Shown here: positions 40,089 through 54,910 of the stretch, piece after piece
Numbering within the stretch: position 1 is the stretch's first letter
How the letters are laid out: the number at the start of each line of letters is the position of its first letter
NCBI GenBank assembly: GCA_951406725.2
Contig: OX597831.1
Location: 36,270,001-36,334,000 of the forward strand
Origin: Octopus vulgaris
Lineage: Eukaryota
Reading direction: 5' to 3'
DNA: 64,000 bases
Notes under the pieces: generated by a model
Told to the model about the DNA's origin: nothing
Databases searched by the model: none
The model's input: only the letters and a program-made list of their open reading frames with translations
Position numbers and translations under genes: made by a program

Positions 40089-41769
40089 CTATAGTTAGAT
40101 AGATAGATAATTAGACGGAGAGAGGGGGTAAGATGGGTATGCGTAAATGTATGCCATTTGTCTTGCGTTAATGAGTGTTTCATTTATTTGTGTCACTGAA
40201 ATACTATTTCTTCCCTAAATGTAGGCAATGATTTGCTTGGAATATGTTCAGTGTTTTTCTTTTTTCTTTTTGTTTTTGCTGTGTTCCAATTCGAAGGATT
40301 AACTGAGTCTAATATGATTGATGCATGTTTCAATTTAGAATGATTAAGTGTAAATTTATAATTATGATACTAAGTAAACTAATGGACCACGTATTACAGT
40401 GTTACTAACGAATAAAAATGTGATTCATTAGGAAGGATAGTGGAACCAGGATGAAAGATATAATTAGCACAGCAACCAAATCCCTGACCAGTAACTCTGA
40501 TGTTGGGCTAATGATGCTTAAATCGAAGACGTCGTTCTTTCAATTCTCGCCAAAAATGAAAAACTTCCTGCTAACTGTAAGCGAGATATTTGCACCATCT
40601 ATAAAAAGTATTACACCCAATAATACTTTCAGCCAATGGACATTTAAAGACCACGCTTGTGAGAAAGAATAACTTTTTTTAGAAGTAACTGACCTTTCTA
40701 GTGGAAGAGTTTGTGTGTTAAATTTTGGTAATTTCATACGAAAGAACAGTTTCAGGTAAGGGAGATAATAAAAATTATAGCAGCTATGTTTTTTTTTCAT
40801 AAAGTCTTAATAATAGCCGAAAGTAAAATTGGCACCAAGCGGTTAAGCCAGTGATCATGTAAGTACACGGTCACTCCACCTGGTAGATATACCAGCCAAA
40901 TATATCTCAGATGACATCACGCTGTTTTACAAAGTTAAAGGAAAATTATATAGTGTTATCGTAGATACACGTAAAGAAGTAAAAAACAAACATATTCGAG
41001 TCAGGGGTAGTTCTGATCATTGGTTTGCTAGATACCAACCTGCCTAGAGCTAAACAGCAGTAACAGCTGCTACAGTAAAGAATGTAATGAATAATGTAGT
41101 GCTAGATTCAGTTTGACAGTAAAAAATGAAATGTCGTGGCAGCAGCATATTTATTTATTGATATGAGGAATAACAACTGACTTGGAGAAAAACAACAAGA
41201 ATGAATGATACGATGCTTGCAAACAATCTTGGAACAATTTTAGCAGCAATATCTTTACTTGCAAGTCCGCTAGATCACGGATGACCTGGGGCTAAACAAG
41301 AACAAAAAGTAAAAAAATGTTTGAGAAGAAATATAGAACGGTCAAAATTGCAACATGCTTGTTTATTGTCTGCTGGATCATAGTTGACCTGGGGTTAAAC
41401 AGCAACAATTTATTCTATTACCCAATGTTTGAAACGTCCACACAATTTACTAAGTCATTGTCTTTATCAAAATAAATTGCAATTACACGCACCAAATTCC
41501 CATTTCTGTCAAATAATAAAGATTGCTGGCGACAGAACCACATCAGTGCTATTAGAATTGAGGAACCACTTACAACGAGATGAATATTTGTCTGTTTCTG
41601 TTAGAGGTGTTATTATTTACAACGTAAACGATCTATGTTAAATTTACATTATTTTGGCCAATCTTAAAGGTGATGACTACTTCAGATTAAACGAACAGAA
41701 CAGGCATTCATGTAATTAAACTTATTTATGTTTAAAAAGTTTTCATTACGTAACTTCATGTTCAGCTCC

Positions 41770-41995
41770 TAATCGTCCTTTCTTAAGTAGATATATAGTA
41801 AAAAGTATGTCGGTCTTGACCATCCGCCTTATGTTTCTAGATATCTTACATCTTTTCTTTTTTTGTTTTTTGTACTTGTAGGATCTAAAGGAAGGGACAA
41901 TGTCCATTGCCTCCACAGGCTCTCTGACACCAGAAACCACTTTTGTGATGCATGTTACAATCCTCTGTATAACTTTTTCCAAGACGGAAGGGTTG
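41770..41995 (-). pseudogene. Highly decayed CR1/L2-like RT C-terminal fragment
   Basis: LEKVIQRIVTCITKVVSGVRE...MDIVPSFR resembles LEKVQRRATKLVPGLR...LDLPSL. Confidence 0.4.
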
Positions 41996-43569
41996 TGTTT
42001 TAAGGGTAAATTCCTACTATTTCCACCAGTTCTAGTATACAGACTCTCGTATTATATTCTGATACTTACAGAGAGTCCTATACAGACTCTCGTGATATTT
42101 TCTCCTGGGCAGTCCTTTGTATTACTAAAGCAAACCTCAATAATCTGTGGGCTTAATTGAATAAAGACAACTATGAAGATTCGATCCTATCGCTGTAATA
42201 TTTATAATGACATTCGACTTTTAAACGATCCGTTTTTATGTTTACAGCATCAGGCCGATATAATTTCCTATGGGTGAATTTATTAATAACCACATGTTAG
42301 TGAGAACGGACATTGCTGACTGTTTATTTTCATGCGGTGTACATAGAGAAAGAGTCTGGACGAGCTCAGTATATTTCTAGTTAAACACAGAGTAAGCAGT
42401 GCTGCCATTGCATACAGTTGGGAGATGTTCCTACATATTTACTGACGAGCCAGCGAGAGAAACTATGTGTAGCTGCTCACTTGAGAGAAACAGCAGTCGA
42501 ATATACCCTACAACTCAGTATTTTGGTACAGGGCATATTTCTGTGTGTTCGTCACACTCTCATCATATATGTTTAGCGAATGTGAAAATATATTCTCCAG
42601 ACAAACCTCGCAACATCTCTAATACTGTCCAACCCTTGGTTATCGAGGCCACCCGATTGTAAATTACTGCTCTGCTGTTTGAAAGAGAAGTGGACACATT
42701 CATGGGTAATGTAGTTCTGGATTAACACAAAGACGTGATGGCCATAACAGAAATACATCTCTTCGTAGCTCTAGCCTGGGGCTAATCAATAACATCCTAT
42801 TGAGTACAAAGCGGACTGAATCATTTGAAAAATAATTATTTGGGCCCACGAATATAAAAACAGCCAAACGGGACCACCTTTCAGCTGACTGTTAATAACT
42901 CACGGGACTGAGTCCATTCATTAATACATTTTTTCCCTCTCATAATTGAGCAACCTTTTAAAGGAGAAGTGTATCTACTATAAGCTAGATTGGATCTTTC
43001 GAGTAACAAATGTTTGGCCAACGGATATAAACGGAGTGCCAGTAGTAAGGTGTAAACTGACCACCTTCCAGCTGACTGCTAGTTACCCAATCGAATCAAC
43101 CAAGTACACAGTTGGCTCCTGTTATACTGAGTTAACTTTTACGGCATCAGTATTTGTGTTGGTGTTTAGAAAGCAGCACGGGTGTAGCAACACGGGTAAT
43201 CTGACACCCGATTCAATATTTGCTCATTGATTATACAAAAAAAACGAAATATTTTATTGCAAAGTGATCTCCAGCTTGTCAGCTGTTATGCTATTTTAAC
43301 AAAAATCCATTAACTCTGCTTCTTTTCTCGTGCAATCAGAAATATGGAGAAGAATTTTACAGCTAACTCACTTCCCAAAAGCATGCATATATATCCTAAC
43401 AAATTTCCGATATGAAATTCAGATATATCGAATATTTTTCTTTAATTTCCATTTTCATGACGTATAGTATCTGACTTCAACTTTTTTTTTTATTTGTTTT
43501 GTTAATGATAATTCATTTCAATGATTTTGAGTAACAACATTGTGAAATTAAATTCTGTTTGGGCTTGCT

Positions 43570-43609
43570 ACTATCATTATTATTATCATTATTAGTATTA
43601 GTATTAGTA

Positions 43610-43667
<58 letters not shown>

Positions 43668-43669
43668 CA

Positions 43670-43730
<61 letters not shown>

Positions 43731-43735
43731 CATCA
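43570..43735. repeat. (ATT)n microsatellite
   Basis: Long TAT run. Confidence 0.95.
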
Positions 43736-44640
43736 ATATTGTTGTTGTTATTGCTTTTGTTATAAAAATGAAAGTATTTGCTTACGTCATTTGTTTTGGT
43801 TAAATCTTGATTCTAAACATATTTATAAGCCTCCTCCGCTCAAATAGAAAAGTTGGATTAACATAAAAACTCCTTTGGATCATGCTGTGATACAAACAAC
43901 AGATGCTTCAGTTAAAGAAAATAATAATTTCTGACAGAGACACTGAGTAGTTTCGAATTCGATCGCTCATAGCGCTTACGTAATGTACTGTATTATCAGG
44001 TTGACCAAAATAATGTTGGTGGAAGACAAATGGAAAGGCAAATGGTTTTCTTCGATGATAGATTAAATCCTTCACCTGGCTTTTCATGCCTTCATCGAGC
44101 AAATTAGATTGTTCTATAAGCCTCCAATATGTGGCAATTAGTTATAGAGTTCTAGTTTTGCGTTCTAAGTATAGTTTTGTCCCGTTCTTCCACCAGTTAC
44201 AGAGCCTTTGAGAAGAATCATAAGTGCTATCAGTCCCTGACTATTTAGTCATTAGAGAGGGAGAGGGAAGAAAGGAAGAGAGAGGGGGGAAGAGGGAGGG
44301 GGAAGAAAGTGGATAAAGAGAGAGGAGAAAAAGAGAGGAAGAAAGGAGAGAGAGTGTGGGATGAGAGCGAGACGAGAGAAAGTGGGACAGAGAGCTGTGA
44401 CACGAAGTACTAGCCCCTGGGGTGCATAGTTTTGGGACAATGGAATGTATGTTTGCTTTATTACGTGATTGGAGACCCTTCCAAGATGAGGTGAAAGGAA
44501 ATTTGAGAGATGCAGTTTTGTTGATTTGCAGTTTAGTATGATCGTAATGAAAATGAACTAAACACATCATACCTTCAAAAACACTCGGAGATTACCTTTA
44601 CCAAAGATCGCTGCAACATTTCAATACTCACTATAGTTTG

Positions 44641-44884
44641 GGAGACACAGGGGTTAGTGATTAGGGTGTTGGACTCATGATCGTAAGATTGCGGTTTCCT
44701 TTCCTGCAACAGGTGATACGTTCTGTTCTTGAGCAAAACACTTCATTCCACGTTGCTCCAGTCCACTCAGCTGAAAACTGAGTAAACTGCGACTTAGTCG
44801 TGTCCCATCCAGAGGGGAATACATGCGTCACAGGAACCGGGAAACTGTATCAATGAATCTATATTATTCGGGAAGGAATTTTAC
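44641..44884 (+). mobile_element. Old tRNA-derived SINE (V-SINE-like central segment)
   Basis: tRNA-like head, then CTTGAGCAAAACACTTCATTCCACGTTGCTCCAGTCCACTCAGCTG; degenerate TSD CACTATAGTTTG / CACTCTAGTTTG. Confidence 0.7.
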
Positions 44885-45196
44885 CACTCTAGTTTGTAAA
44901 TTATTTGAATGAAGAGCTACTTACAAGATTAGTAGCACATGAATTTTCAGGGCAAATTCAAAGCAAGCATTTTGTTGTGTCTGCTACGGCTATTATCGTT
45001 TATTCAGTCTTAATCGAAAAGACATAATCAGATTTGTTCTAGTGGGAAGATCGTCCTGTTTTTTTCCTTCAATGACTACGTCAGCTTCTATGGAGTGAGC
45101 TTCGACGTCAGCTTGTATGGAAATTTCACGAGGATTTCGTAGGCAGCCTCATTTTCACTGTTTCAATTCAGTTATTTGATTAGTACCCAAGGAAAA

Positions 45197-45577
45197 GTCG
45201 AGGAGCAATGACCCAGAGGTTAGGGCAGCGGACATGCGGTCGTAGAATCGCGGTTTCGATTCCCAGACCAGGCATTGTGAGTGTTTATTGAGCAAAAACA
45301 CCTGAAGCTCCACGTGGCTCCAACAGGGAGTGGTAGTGAACCCTGCTGTACTCTTTCATCCCAACTTTCTCTCACTCTTTCTTTCTGTTTCTGTTGTACC
45401 TGTATTTCAAAGGGGCAGCCTTGTCACACTTTGTGTCGCGCTGAATCTCCCCGAGAACTACGTTAATGACACATGTGTCTGTGGAGTGCTCAGCAACTTA
45501 CACGTTAATTTCACGAGCAGGCTGTTCCGTTGATTGGATGAACTGGAACCACCGTCGTCGTAACCGACGGAGTGCCG
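45197..45577 (+). mobile_element. tRNA-derived SINE family C with TSD
   Basis: tRNA-like head GGTTAGGGCAGCGGAC...GGTTTCGATTCCCAG, 3' end GTCGTAACCGACGGAGTGCC; TSD TAGTACCCAAG at 45181 and 45578; second copy at 60785-61134. Confidence 0.9.
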
Positions 45578-47456
45578 TAGTACCCAAGAAAATTTACCAG
45601 CAACAGATCAATGCCCTAACCCATGACGGTTATACTTACGATTAACTAAATGTTAAGAATCCGGCGTGAAGCACTGGTCATTCCGAGTTTCTATGGCTCT
45701 AAGTTGCATTAATATTGTCTAAATTTGTCTTGGTATAGTATGGCTTATACAATTTTCTAATAGATTACAAAAGCATAAACAAAGAATAAATTCAAACGAA
45801 CATTTTCTTTTATTTTTTCTGCGTGGTTTGCTATCACAGTCTAGAATCATACAGTAGGATGGTTCCAGAAACAACAAAAGACACATTTTGCAACTTTTAA
45901 AATTAATTATATTTTTGAATATCTGATGAGCAAAAATATTCATTTATTAAATACTGTCTGCTGCACTTTTCATTTGTAAATTGCATTAGCAGCACATGAA
46001 AAAAGAAATTAAATTATATATATACATACACAAACGCATATACATATAACCATAAAGATAATTAGATGCATATATACATACATATATATACACAAACACA
46101 CATACACACACACACACACACTCACACACACATATATATATATAGATGCATACACATACCCATATATATATATATATATATATATATACTCATGCATATG
46201 CATATATACATATGCATTCAGACGTATATACATAAAAATACAAGCGTACATATGCAGATATTCTCATATATATACATACATATTAGATATTCTTAAAACA
46301 TGCACACAGTGATACAGCGAAGTTTGTATTCGTTAAACTTCATCATTAATAAATGAAATTAATTAAAATGCTCTGACACTCATTACATCGTTACTTGCAG
46401 ATAAACTCGAAACTGTCTCTTTTCCCATTACTGAAGAAAAGGATACCAAACTAGGTCTACCAAGACCCTTCTCCCAGCAGACACGGAGCTAATTCGGAGA
46501 GAGAAAGAGAGTAAGAATTCGTGGAGAGAGTAAGAAGTTGTAGAGAGAGAGAGAGAGAAAGAGAGAGGAAAGAGACGGCAGATGGAGCGAGACAGAACAA
46601 AAGATCATCTTGGCTCTAGTCTTGCTTCTTCCGTGGTCCTTATAGAATTTAAGAGAAATCTAACTGCCAACTATACGATAACTAAACAAAGACAACTGTG
46701 ATTTCACTGTTGGATTTCTTTCAAACTTCACATTGTGAGCGCGGTTGCTTGCCATGAATAGAGGTATGATTCGGCTCCCATGGTGGAATCTTTTACCTTT
46801 AAGCTTTGTTTGTAGATGTCTTTTCTTCGTATTCATAACATTGTGTAATACGATTTTTCTCCTTGGGTAGCATCTGTCATTTCCTATTTGCTCACCCCTA
46901 TAAAGTGTGAAAAAGGGTTAATATTTCCTTCAAACGTTGCTGTTGTTATATTCATTCCTTCAAACCCCAAACAATCGTCTCTCAACACATGGCTATGGCG
47001 CTCCCCCACTATTTTTGCTCGGGATCAGAGATGCATATATTGTCAGCCACTAAGGGTAATGATCAAGTGGTTACGCGTTAAGCAACTGACAGGCAAACCT
47101 GCGCTACTGAGCAGGATATTTGCTATAACGATATTTCTGCTTCAGCAACTCAGTGCTATGTCTGTCTGAAGTGTAATGGAAAAAATTGATCACTTTCAAA
47201 ACATTGATGTCCAGGTCACAAAAGCAAAGTTTGAAGGTAATAGTGGTCACTTCCTTTGATTTCAGGATAGAAGCAAATAGGCTATAACTCTTATTGACCA
47301 AAGATTAAAAAACAAAAGAATTAATTTTGCTACACAGTGCAATTTACGGTTAAGAATGATAAAGTTTAACTTCAAAATTACCGTACATGATGCGAATGTT
47401 TTAGCGTGTGTGTGTGTGTGTGTTAAAACACTTTTGTTTGTGTATACACTCTTAGT

Positions 47457-47674
47457 CTTTACTCTTTTACTTGTTTCAGTCATTTCACTGCGGCCATGCT
47501 GGAGCACCGCCTTTAGTCGAGCAAATCGACCCCAGGACTCATTCTCTGGAAGCCTAGTACTTATTCTATCAATGCCTTTTGCGGAACCGCTAAGTTACGG
47601 GGACGTAAACACACCACCATCGGTTGTCAGCGCGATTTTGGGAGGAAAAACACAGACACACAAACATATACACA

Positions 47675-47740
<66 letters not shown>

Positions 47741-47910
47741 CATATATACGACGGGCTTCTTTCAGTTTCGTCTACCAAATCCACTCACAAGGTTTTGCTC
47801 GGCCCAAGGCTATAGTAGAAGACACTTGCTCAAGGTGCCACGTAATGGGACGGAACCCGGAACCATGTGGTTCGTAAGCAAGTTACTTACCACACAGCCA
47901 CACAGCCACT
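47457..47910 (-). mobile_element. SINE family A, full length
   Basis: Tail, (TA)n and head all present. Confidence 0.9.
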
Positions 47911-48190
47911 TGTGTGTGTACTTCTTTTTATGCTGCAGTCGATAAACATAAGGAACCGCCATTTTATGCGTACGTGAAGAATTCATATAGATAAACGTGT
48001 TGTTACCATGCACAGTTTCACGAATATTGCTAATCAATTTAGGAAGTAACAATGTTTATAATAAAAATAATATTCTTGGGTAGTGATTGGAACGGACAAT
48101 GAAGATAAAAACAAAATAATATATGTGTGTAAGCGTAAGCACCCCTCCTCTCTCTCTCATTCCCTTTCTCTCTCTGTCTCTCTCACGATA

Positions 48191-48636
<446 letters not shown>

Positions 48637-48690
48637 ATCGTTCCACCACTGCTTATATCTCTCTGAGATATTTAGAAATTTAATATTCCT

Positions 48691-48728
<38 letters not shown>

Positions 48729-49047
48729 GGAGAGGGGAGAGAAGCAAAGAGAAGGAAAAGTTGTAACATCACCTACGGGCATCTGGACACTAGTCTACAG
48801 TAAATTACGCGCGCGCACGTACACATACACTCACGCACGCACACACACACATATGTATATAAGCACAGACAGACAGTCACTCACGTTCACACACGCACCC
48901 TGATTATACACCACGAAGAAAACGGATAAACAAGTCTATATACAAAGAAAAGAAACTGATAATTTCCTGTAGACTCTTTCATGTGTCTGTCCATTTATTT
49001 TTTGTCTGTCAATGCATGTGTGTGTGTTGTGTGTGTGTTGTGTGTGT

Positions 49048-49079
<32 letters not shown>

Positions 49080-49463
49080 CAGGATTTTGTTGGCCTGTTT
49101 CTATTTGAATCTAATTTCTGACTGCCTACGTATATCTTTACAGCTTATATTTTTATTCATACTGTTTTGTATATAAGTCATTATATACATACATACAAAC
49201 ACACATGTATGTATATACATGTGTGTGCGTGTGTATGTGTGTATTTGTGTACATGAATTGTTTATATATATATATATATATGTATGTATATTTGTACGTA
49301 TGTGTATGTATTCTTTGTGTGTCTGCTTGTGTGGTATAAATAAAATTTAAGCCTTAAAATCATACTCGCATTTCGGTAAATCAACTGACAACATTACACA
49401 AGTCTAGTTGGAAAATTACATAATCTTTCAATACTCCTGATCAGTGTTTAGCAAAAATTGCCC

Positions 49464-49498
<35 letters not shown>

Positions 49499-49846
49499 AA
49501 TAGATGAGTGTATTTTACCTTGTTAACAATTAACACGGATAAATGAATGAATAGTTACCAGGGCAGCAAAAATCTCACAAGTAAAGATGTTGTAACTCCT
49601 TGTTTATAAAGGTTGAAACTTCGTGTTTACGTTGAATATTTGAATAATATGAATAAAAAATGGAGTTAACGCAGGTTTAAACAAGTATTTTTACTTTCTA
49701 CATATGTTTCAAAAATTCCACTGATACTTATTCAAAAGAATAAAAGGTATAAACAATGCAATAAACAGAACTGTCGTTATTGGGCTCTTAAAAATTCGAG
49801 AGAACTGCAAGGAAGACCATTGCACAGCCTTCATATTTCTTTTGTT

Positions 49847-49935
<89 letters not shown>

Positions 49936-49940
<5 letters not shown>

Positions 49941-51095
49941 TGTGACAGAAAGGACGGACGTTTTGAAAGGGACATTACTCAGCCCCAGTGGGAGGGACAT
50001 ATGTCCAATAGGTACCATTCAATCCGTGGTGTCTTTGCATTTTTTGTGTCTTTTTTGTCAGGTAAAGCCATGGCCCTGTGGGCGATAGAGCATCGCGCGT
50101 TTGCTTACGACAGTTACATGAAGAATAACGAGTCTCTCACAGTAGTTCAGTGTGAATTTCGGCGTCACTTCAACAATCACCGAAGACAAGATGTTCCCAC
50201 CCATAACACAATCTTACGTTGAGTGAATGCACTTCGTACACGAAATACACTAATGAATAGGAGACTGGCGGGGGTCGCTACGAACGGTACGCATACCGGA
50301 GAATGTGGAACGCGTCAGACAAGCTTTGATACAGAGTCTGAATCGCTCTGCCTTGAGGCATTCCACTGAACTCGGCATCGGTAATCGATCGATGAGGCGT
50401 ATTTTGCACGAATAAGAAATTCCCACTCGTACAAATTGATAATCGGGCAACTGTTTAAACCTTGGGATTATGCACAGCGGCTTAGCATCGCACATCAGTC
50501 GGAAGCAATTTTTGAGACAGATGCCAACTTCATTTTATTAATGAGTGGAATGGTGAATAAACAGAACTGTCGTTATTGGACTCTTGAAAATTCGAGAGAA
50601 CTGCAAGAAAGACTACTGTACAGACTTCATATTTCTTTTTTTTTTTTTAAATTTATTTATCAGAAATAATTAAATTAGTAGGAAATATATGTAGTCTCTT
50701 GTCTGGCAGCGATAGAACCCATTCGATTTAAGCCAAATTAGAATACACTGCTTTACCCAACTGATTTGTCGATATGTGGTTATTTGTGGGGAAACCTCAA
50801 GGCACGTGTATATGCGCATAAGCCCCGTACATTGGACGATTTGAAGGAAGCTATTCGCGTGGAAGTCGGCCAAATCGATAGAGCAATGCTGGAGAGAGTC
50901 GAGGCCAACTTCTAAGAACGCCTTCAGAAATGTATCAATGAAAACGGACACTACAGGATAGAGGTTTTCCACACTTGAGTTTGACAAATGCTACTTCAAT
51001 ACAAACACATTGATGTCAATAAAATTTGTTTGCTGATAAAATTAATGATTTCGTGAACTTTTCAAATAGGTCTGTCTTCCTCTGCCACACCCTGC
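49936..51095 (+). mobile_element. Decayed Tc1/mariner transposon (DUF4817-type N-terminus) with internal deletion
   Basis: MALWAIEHRAFAYDSY..VQCEFRRHF; VRIPENVERVRQA; VNKQNCRYW; LWGNLKARVYAHKPRTLDDLKEAIR; degenerate TIRs at about 49936-49968 and 51060-51095. Confidence 0.85.
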
Positions 51096-51651
51096 ATATA
51101 TGAAATTGTTCCACTTTTGTGATGAATCAGCGCTATAAAGTCCACGTCTCAAAACCATAGAGGAAGGTGGAAAAGGTTGGCTTGGTTTTTTGTTTCCGAA
51201 GACACGCTGAAATAGTTTCCCCGTTCCCAACGTATTTCTTGGAGTTATGTTGTCATATCACGTATATGCACACACAAACGCAGACCAGACAAAGTCATTC
51301 ATCAATATGCCTGTAAATTGAGTAAAAAAAACAAAGAAAAAGAAACGTTAAGAAAGCGAATCCCAAAACTCTTGCAACGAGCGTGATTCTTTTACCAACT
51401 GAAACAATGAAACTGAGAAAGTAACGTTGAGCAAAAACATATAGAATACTGCAGCAGCAAGAACAATAACCATAACCACCATCTCTTCCACCAGATCTGT
51501 CTTGCTATTTTTGTTTCCGTCTGTTTCGCACGACAATTGGTCTTCTCAGAGATCAACGCTACGAACATGAAAGAACCACACAATTAGAGGCGTATTAACA
51601 TTCTCGGACACGAGAAACAACAGAAAACGGAACGTATGTCTGTTGTTTATA

Positions 51652-51716
<65 letters not shown>

Positions 51717-51822
51717 ACCGTTTTTTCTAAAGGGCCAATCAAACAAGTCCATTTCTTTTTAAAGGTGTAGCGTTTGTAAGAGTATAGATTGAATTAATAT
51801 ATAAGTTCCATTCTAGCAAAAA

Positions 51823-51860
51823 CTGTCTGATGAACGGCAACGAGAAACTCAGAGTAACAG
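51823..51860 (+). ncRNA. Minimal type-I hammerhead motif
   Basis: CTGT-CTGATGA-aCG gcaa CGa-GAAA-CTCAGAG-TA-ACAG, followed by a ~105 bp tail ending at (TA)n. Confidence 0.6.
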
Positions 51861-51962
51861 ATTTTGTTGAATTTTCTGCTGCTTAAAATAAAGCATATTA
51901 CTCTACCACTGGTATTTGAGTACTCTTTTTTCCACCTTGTTTCACATTTATGTGTTTACTCC

Positions 51963-52002
<40 letters not shown>

Positions 52003-52093
52003 TTACATTCGTACAGTTACACAGATATCCATACCCAGTCAAGAATGGACAAACGTACAAACGAGATCGTGCCTATTTATCTATACATACATC

Positions 52094-52124
<31 letters not shown>

Positions 52125-52371
52125 TATGTATGTGAATGCATTTATGTAAGCATGTATGTATTCGTGCGTATGTTTATGTATGGAAGTATTGTCTTTGCGC
52201 ACGACATGGAAGAAATATATACACACTGTAAATTACGGCTTAATGCAATATAATTCAATCTAATCACGATCAATGGAATCACTCAGATACAATAACATTC
52301 AGAAGAATACACATCCATTCAGCCACACATACAAACATATGTATACATATATAATATACTTATATACATAT

Positions 52372-52492
<121 letters not shown>

Positions 52493-52529
52493 TATACGTG
52501 TATGCACACACCCATAGACACACGCATAC

Positions 52530-52567
<38 letters not shown>

Positions 52568-53738
52568 GTGCATATGTAGATATAGATGCACGCATACATG
52601 CATGAATATATACATTCATACACCCATAAACACTAAATACAATGAACATACAAAGCGAGACATGGCACAGTCATAGATAGAATATACACGTTCAAAGCGA
52701 TATCAATCAACAACATTTTATAAGTTCTTTTGATTTGTGGTTTCACAGATTGCAGCAGTTAAAAAACTTCTTTTTTTTTTTTTAATTTATTTATCGGAAA
52801 TAATTAAATTAGTAGGAAATATATGTAGTCTCTTGTCTGGCAGCGATAGAACCCAATCGATTAGAGCCAAATTAGAATACACTGCTTTACCCAACAACAA
52901 CAACAGCAACAACTTTTGTCTAAATCTGTTTTACACTATCGAATCTCACAATTAAATTTCACATTAACGTTGATACGATATTCTTGCAAGGAATTTTTAA
53001 GGTTTTCTGATCTCATTGTTTGCCACTCTCTTCAATGCATCAGCTTAAAGTTTTATTTCCTATAACTTTATTAGTGCTTTCTATCCGTCTATCTCGTTTC
53101 TATCAGGACACTCAATTATTTCCCCACTTTTATTTTTTTACGTTTTGTTTCCTGATATTATTTATGTTTTTTTCTTTTCTTGTTTTATTCTTTGTTTTAG
53201 TTCTAATCAAATGGTAACTTTATTCTCTTCTATTCTTCACAGGTTTCCTATTAAATTCCATCTATCTTTATCTCACTTTCTGTTTTCTACAAATTCAATA
53301 AAGTACTAATGCAAAATTCCGGTTTGCAAAAGTCTTTGATTCTTAGCCTGCAGGAATCGCCTTTCTATAACCGTTAAAACGCAAACTTAAAAGACTAAAT
53401 TTAAATGCACGCATCATAATCACCATGGTTCAAATTTGTATACTACAGATATATTTTTAAAGATATCAATTTTCTCCTAGGTTATCATCTTTCAAATGTC
53501 AAGCCGTGTTATCTCTAAAGCTTTCATTTCAGAATAGATTCCTATGGACAACACTATGGAAACACCAAATACTTCGAAATCAACTATTAAATCCAATTTT
53601 CTTTCATCCTTTTTCCTCTGCTTCCTTTCTCTACTCATAATTGCAGCATGAAGATATATAAAGAATATAAAGTAACTAAATATTGATTAGTACCATGGAC
53701 ACAACGCTAGACATTTTAGGAGAGAGAACAGTCACATA

Positions 53739-53974
53739 CAGGGTGGCCCAAAAGTTGGTTTACAGTTATCAAGTAGGAACTTTTCTTTTAAAACATTTTA
53801 TTACATTTAAATTTCTATCGTACAAACGGAAAAGTGAGCTCGACAAAATTAACTAAATTATACATAGAATAATGGCTTCATACATTTTTTTTTTATAATT
53901 AAGATCTAAACTGTTGATATATGAATGTGAAAGAGATAGTTGAATAACTGTGAACCTACTTTTGGGCCACCCTG
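53739..53974. mobile_element. Tc1/mariner MITE with TA TSD, nested in an old SINE
   Basis: TA-CAGGGTGGCCCAAAAGTTGGTTTACAGTTAT ... ATAACTGTGAACCTACTTTTGGGCCACCCTG-TA. Confidence 0.9.
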
Positions 53975-54411
53975 TATATCGACTTCAAAACTTACCCGGT
54001 ATTTGTTTCAAAAAGCAGAAAGATAAAAGGCAAAACTGAACTCAGAGTGATTTGAATGCTGGAAAGAAAAGTCGCAAATGAATGCTATAATGCCCTCAAA
54101 ATAACCAAACATTCTTTAACTGTTACTGCCTATATTTGTCTACTCTCGGTGAATACAGGCGGCTACTGTAGTGTTCATAAAAACCTACTACATCCAGGAC
54201 TATACGTTAAAATCCTATTCATATCTCCTATAATTCTTTCATTCCGAGGGGGTGGCTGCTAACAACCCCGCCGAAACCGCAAACACGGTCTGCGTTCAAC
54301 GTTTTATCTCTTTTAACAAGAAAATAGATATAACAAACAATGACAAAAAACTTTCTAGCAATCCCTGCAGATTGTTTGAAGAATACGGTGATGAAGATAA
54401 TAAATGCTGGT

Positions 54412-54571
54412 GAGGAAGAGGAGGGGAAGAGGGGGAGAAAGAGGAAGAGAAGGAAGAAGAAGAAGAAGAGGAGGAGGAGGAGGAGGAAGAAGAAGAAGAG
54501 GAGGAGGAGGAGGAGGAGGAAGAAGAAGAAGAAGAAGAAGAAGAAGAAGAAGAAGAAGAAGAAGAAGAAGG
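54412..54571. repeat. (GAA)n/(GAG)n polypurine tract
   Basis: About 160 bp purine-only run. Confidence 0.95.
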
Positions 54572-54910
54572 ATAATTTTGGTGATAACAATGCCTTAAAT
54601 CTTTATTAAATCTAAAAATTCAATTTCTACACGAAGTGAATTATTTGATGCGATAATTTTTCAAAAGTGATTTCTTTCTTTTCTCACGAGGCCACCGTGC
54701 TTCAAATAATAATGGAATGAAAAAATGAACTTCGTCTTATATGAAAGAAATCTTCAAAAGTAGGATGAGTCTGCGGATGGTCCAGTGAGACGTAAGACTG
54801 AAAACTTAAGATGCGATATGACTGCAAGAAAAAAACGTTTTTTTTTGCTCATCGAGGTTTAGTAAAGCGCTGCAGTCGTAGTCGTTATCATTAAAACTAT
54901 TGTTGTTTTA

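Noticed and set aside
41020-41410. Recurring GACCTGGGGCTAAACAA motif
   Set aside because: Looks like tails of an ancient decayed retroposon; boundaries cannot be defined by eye.
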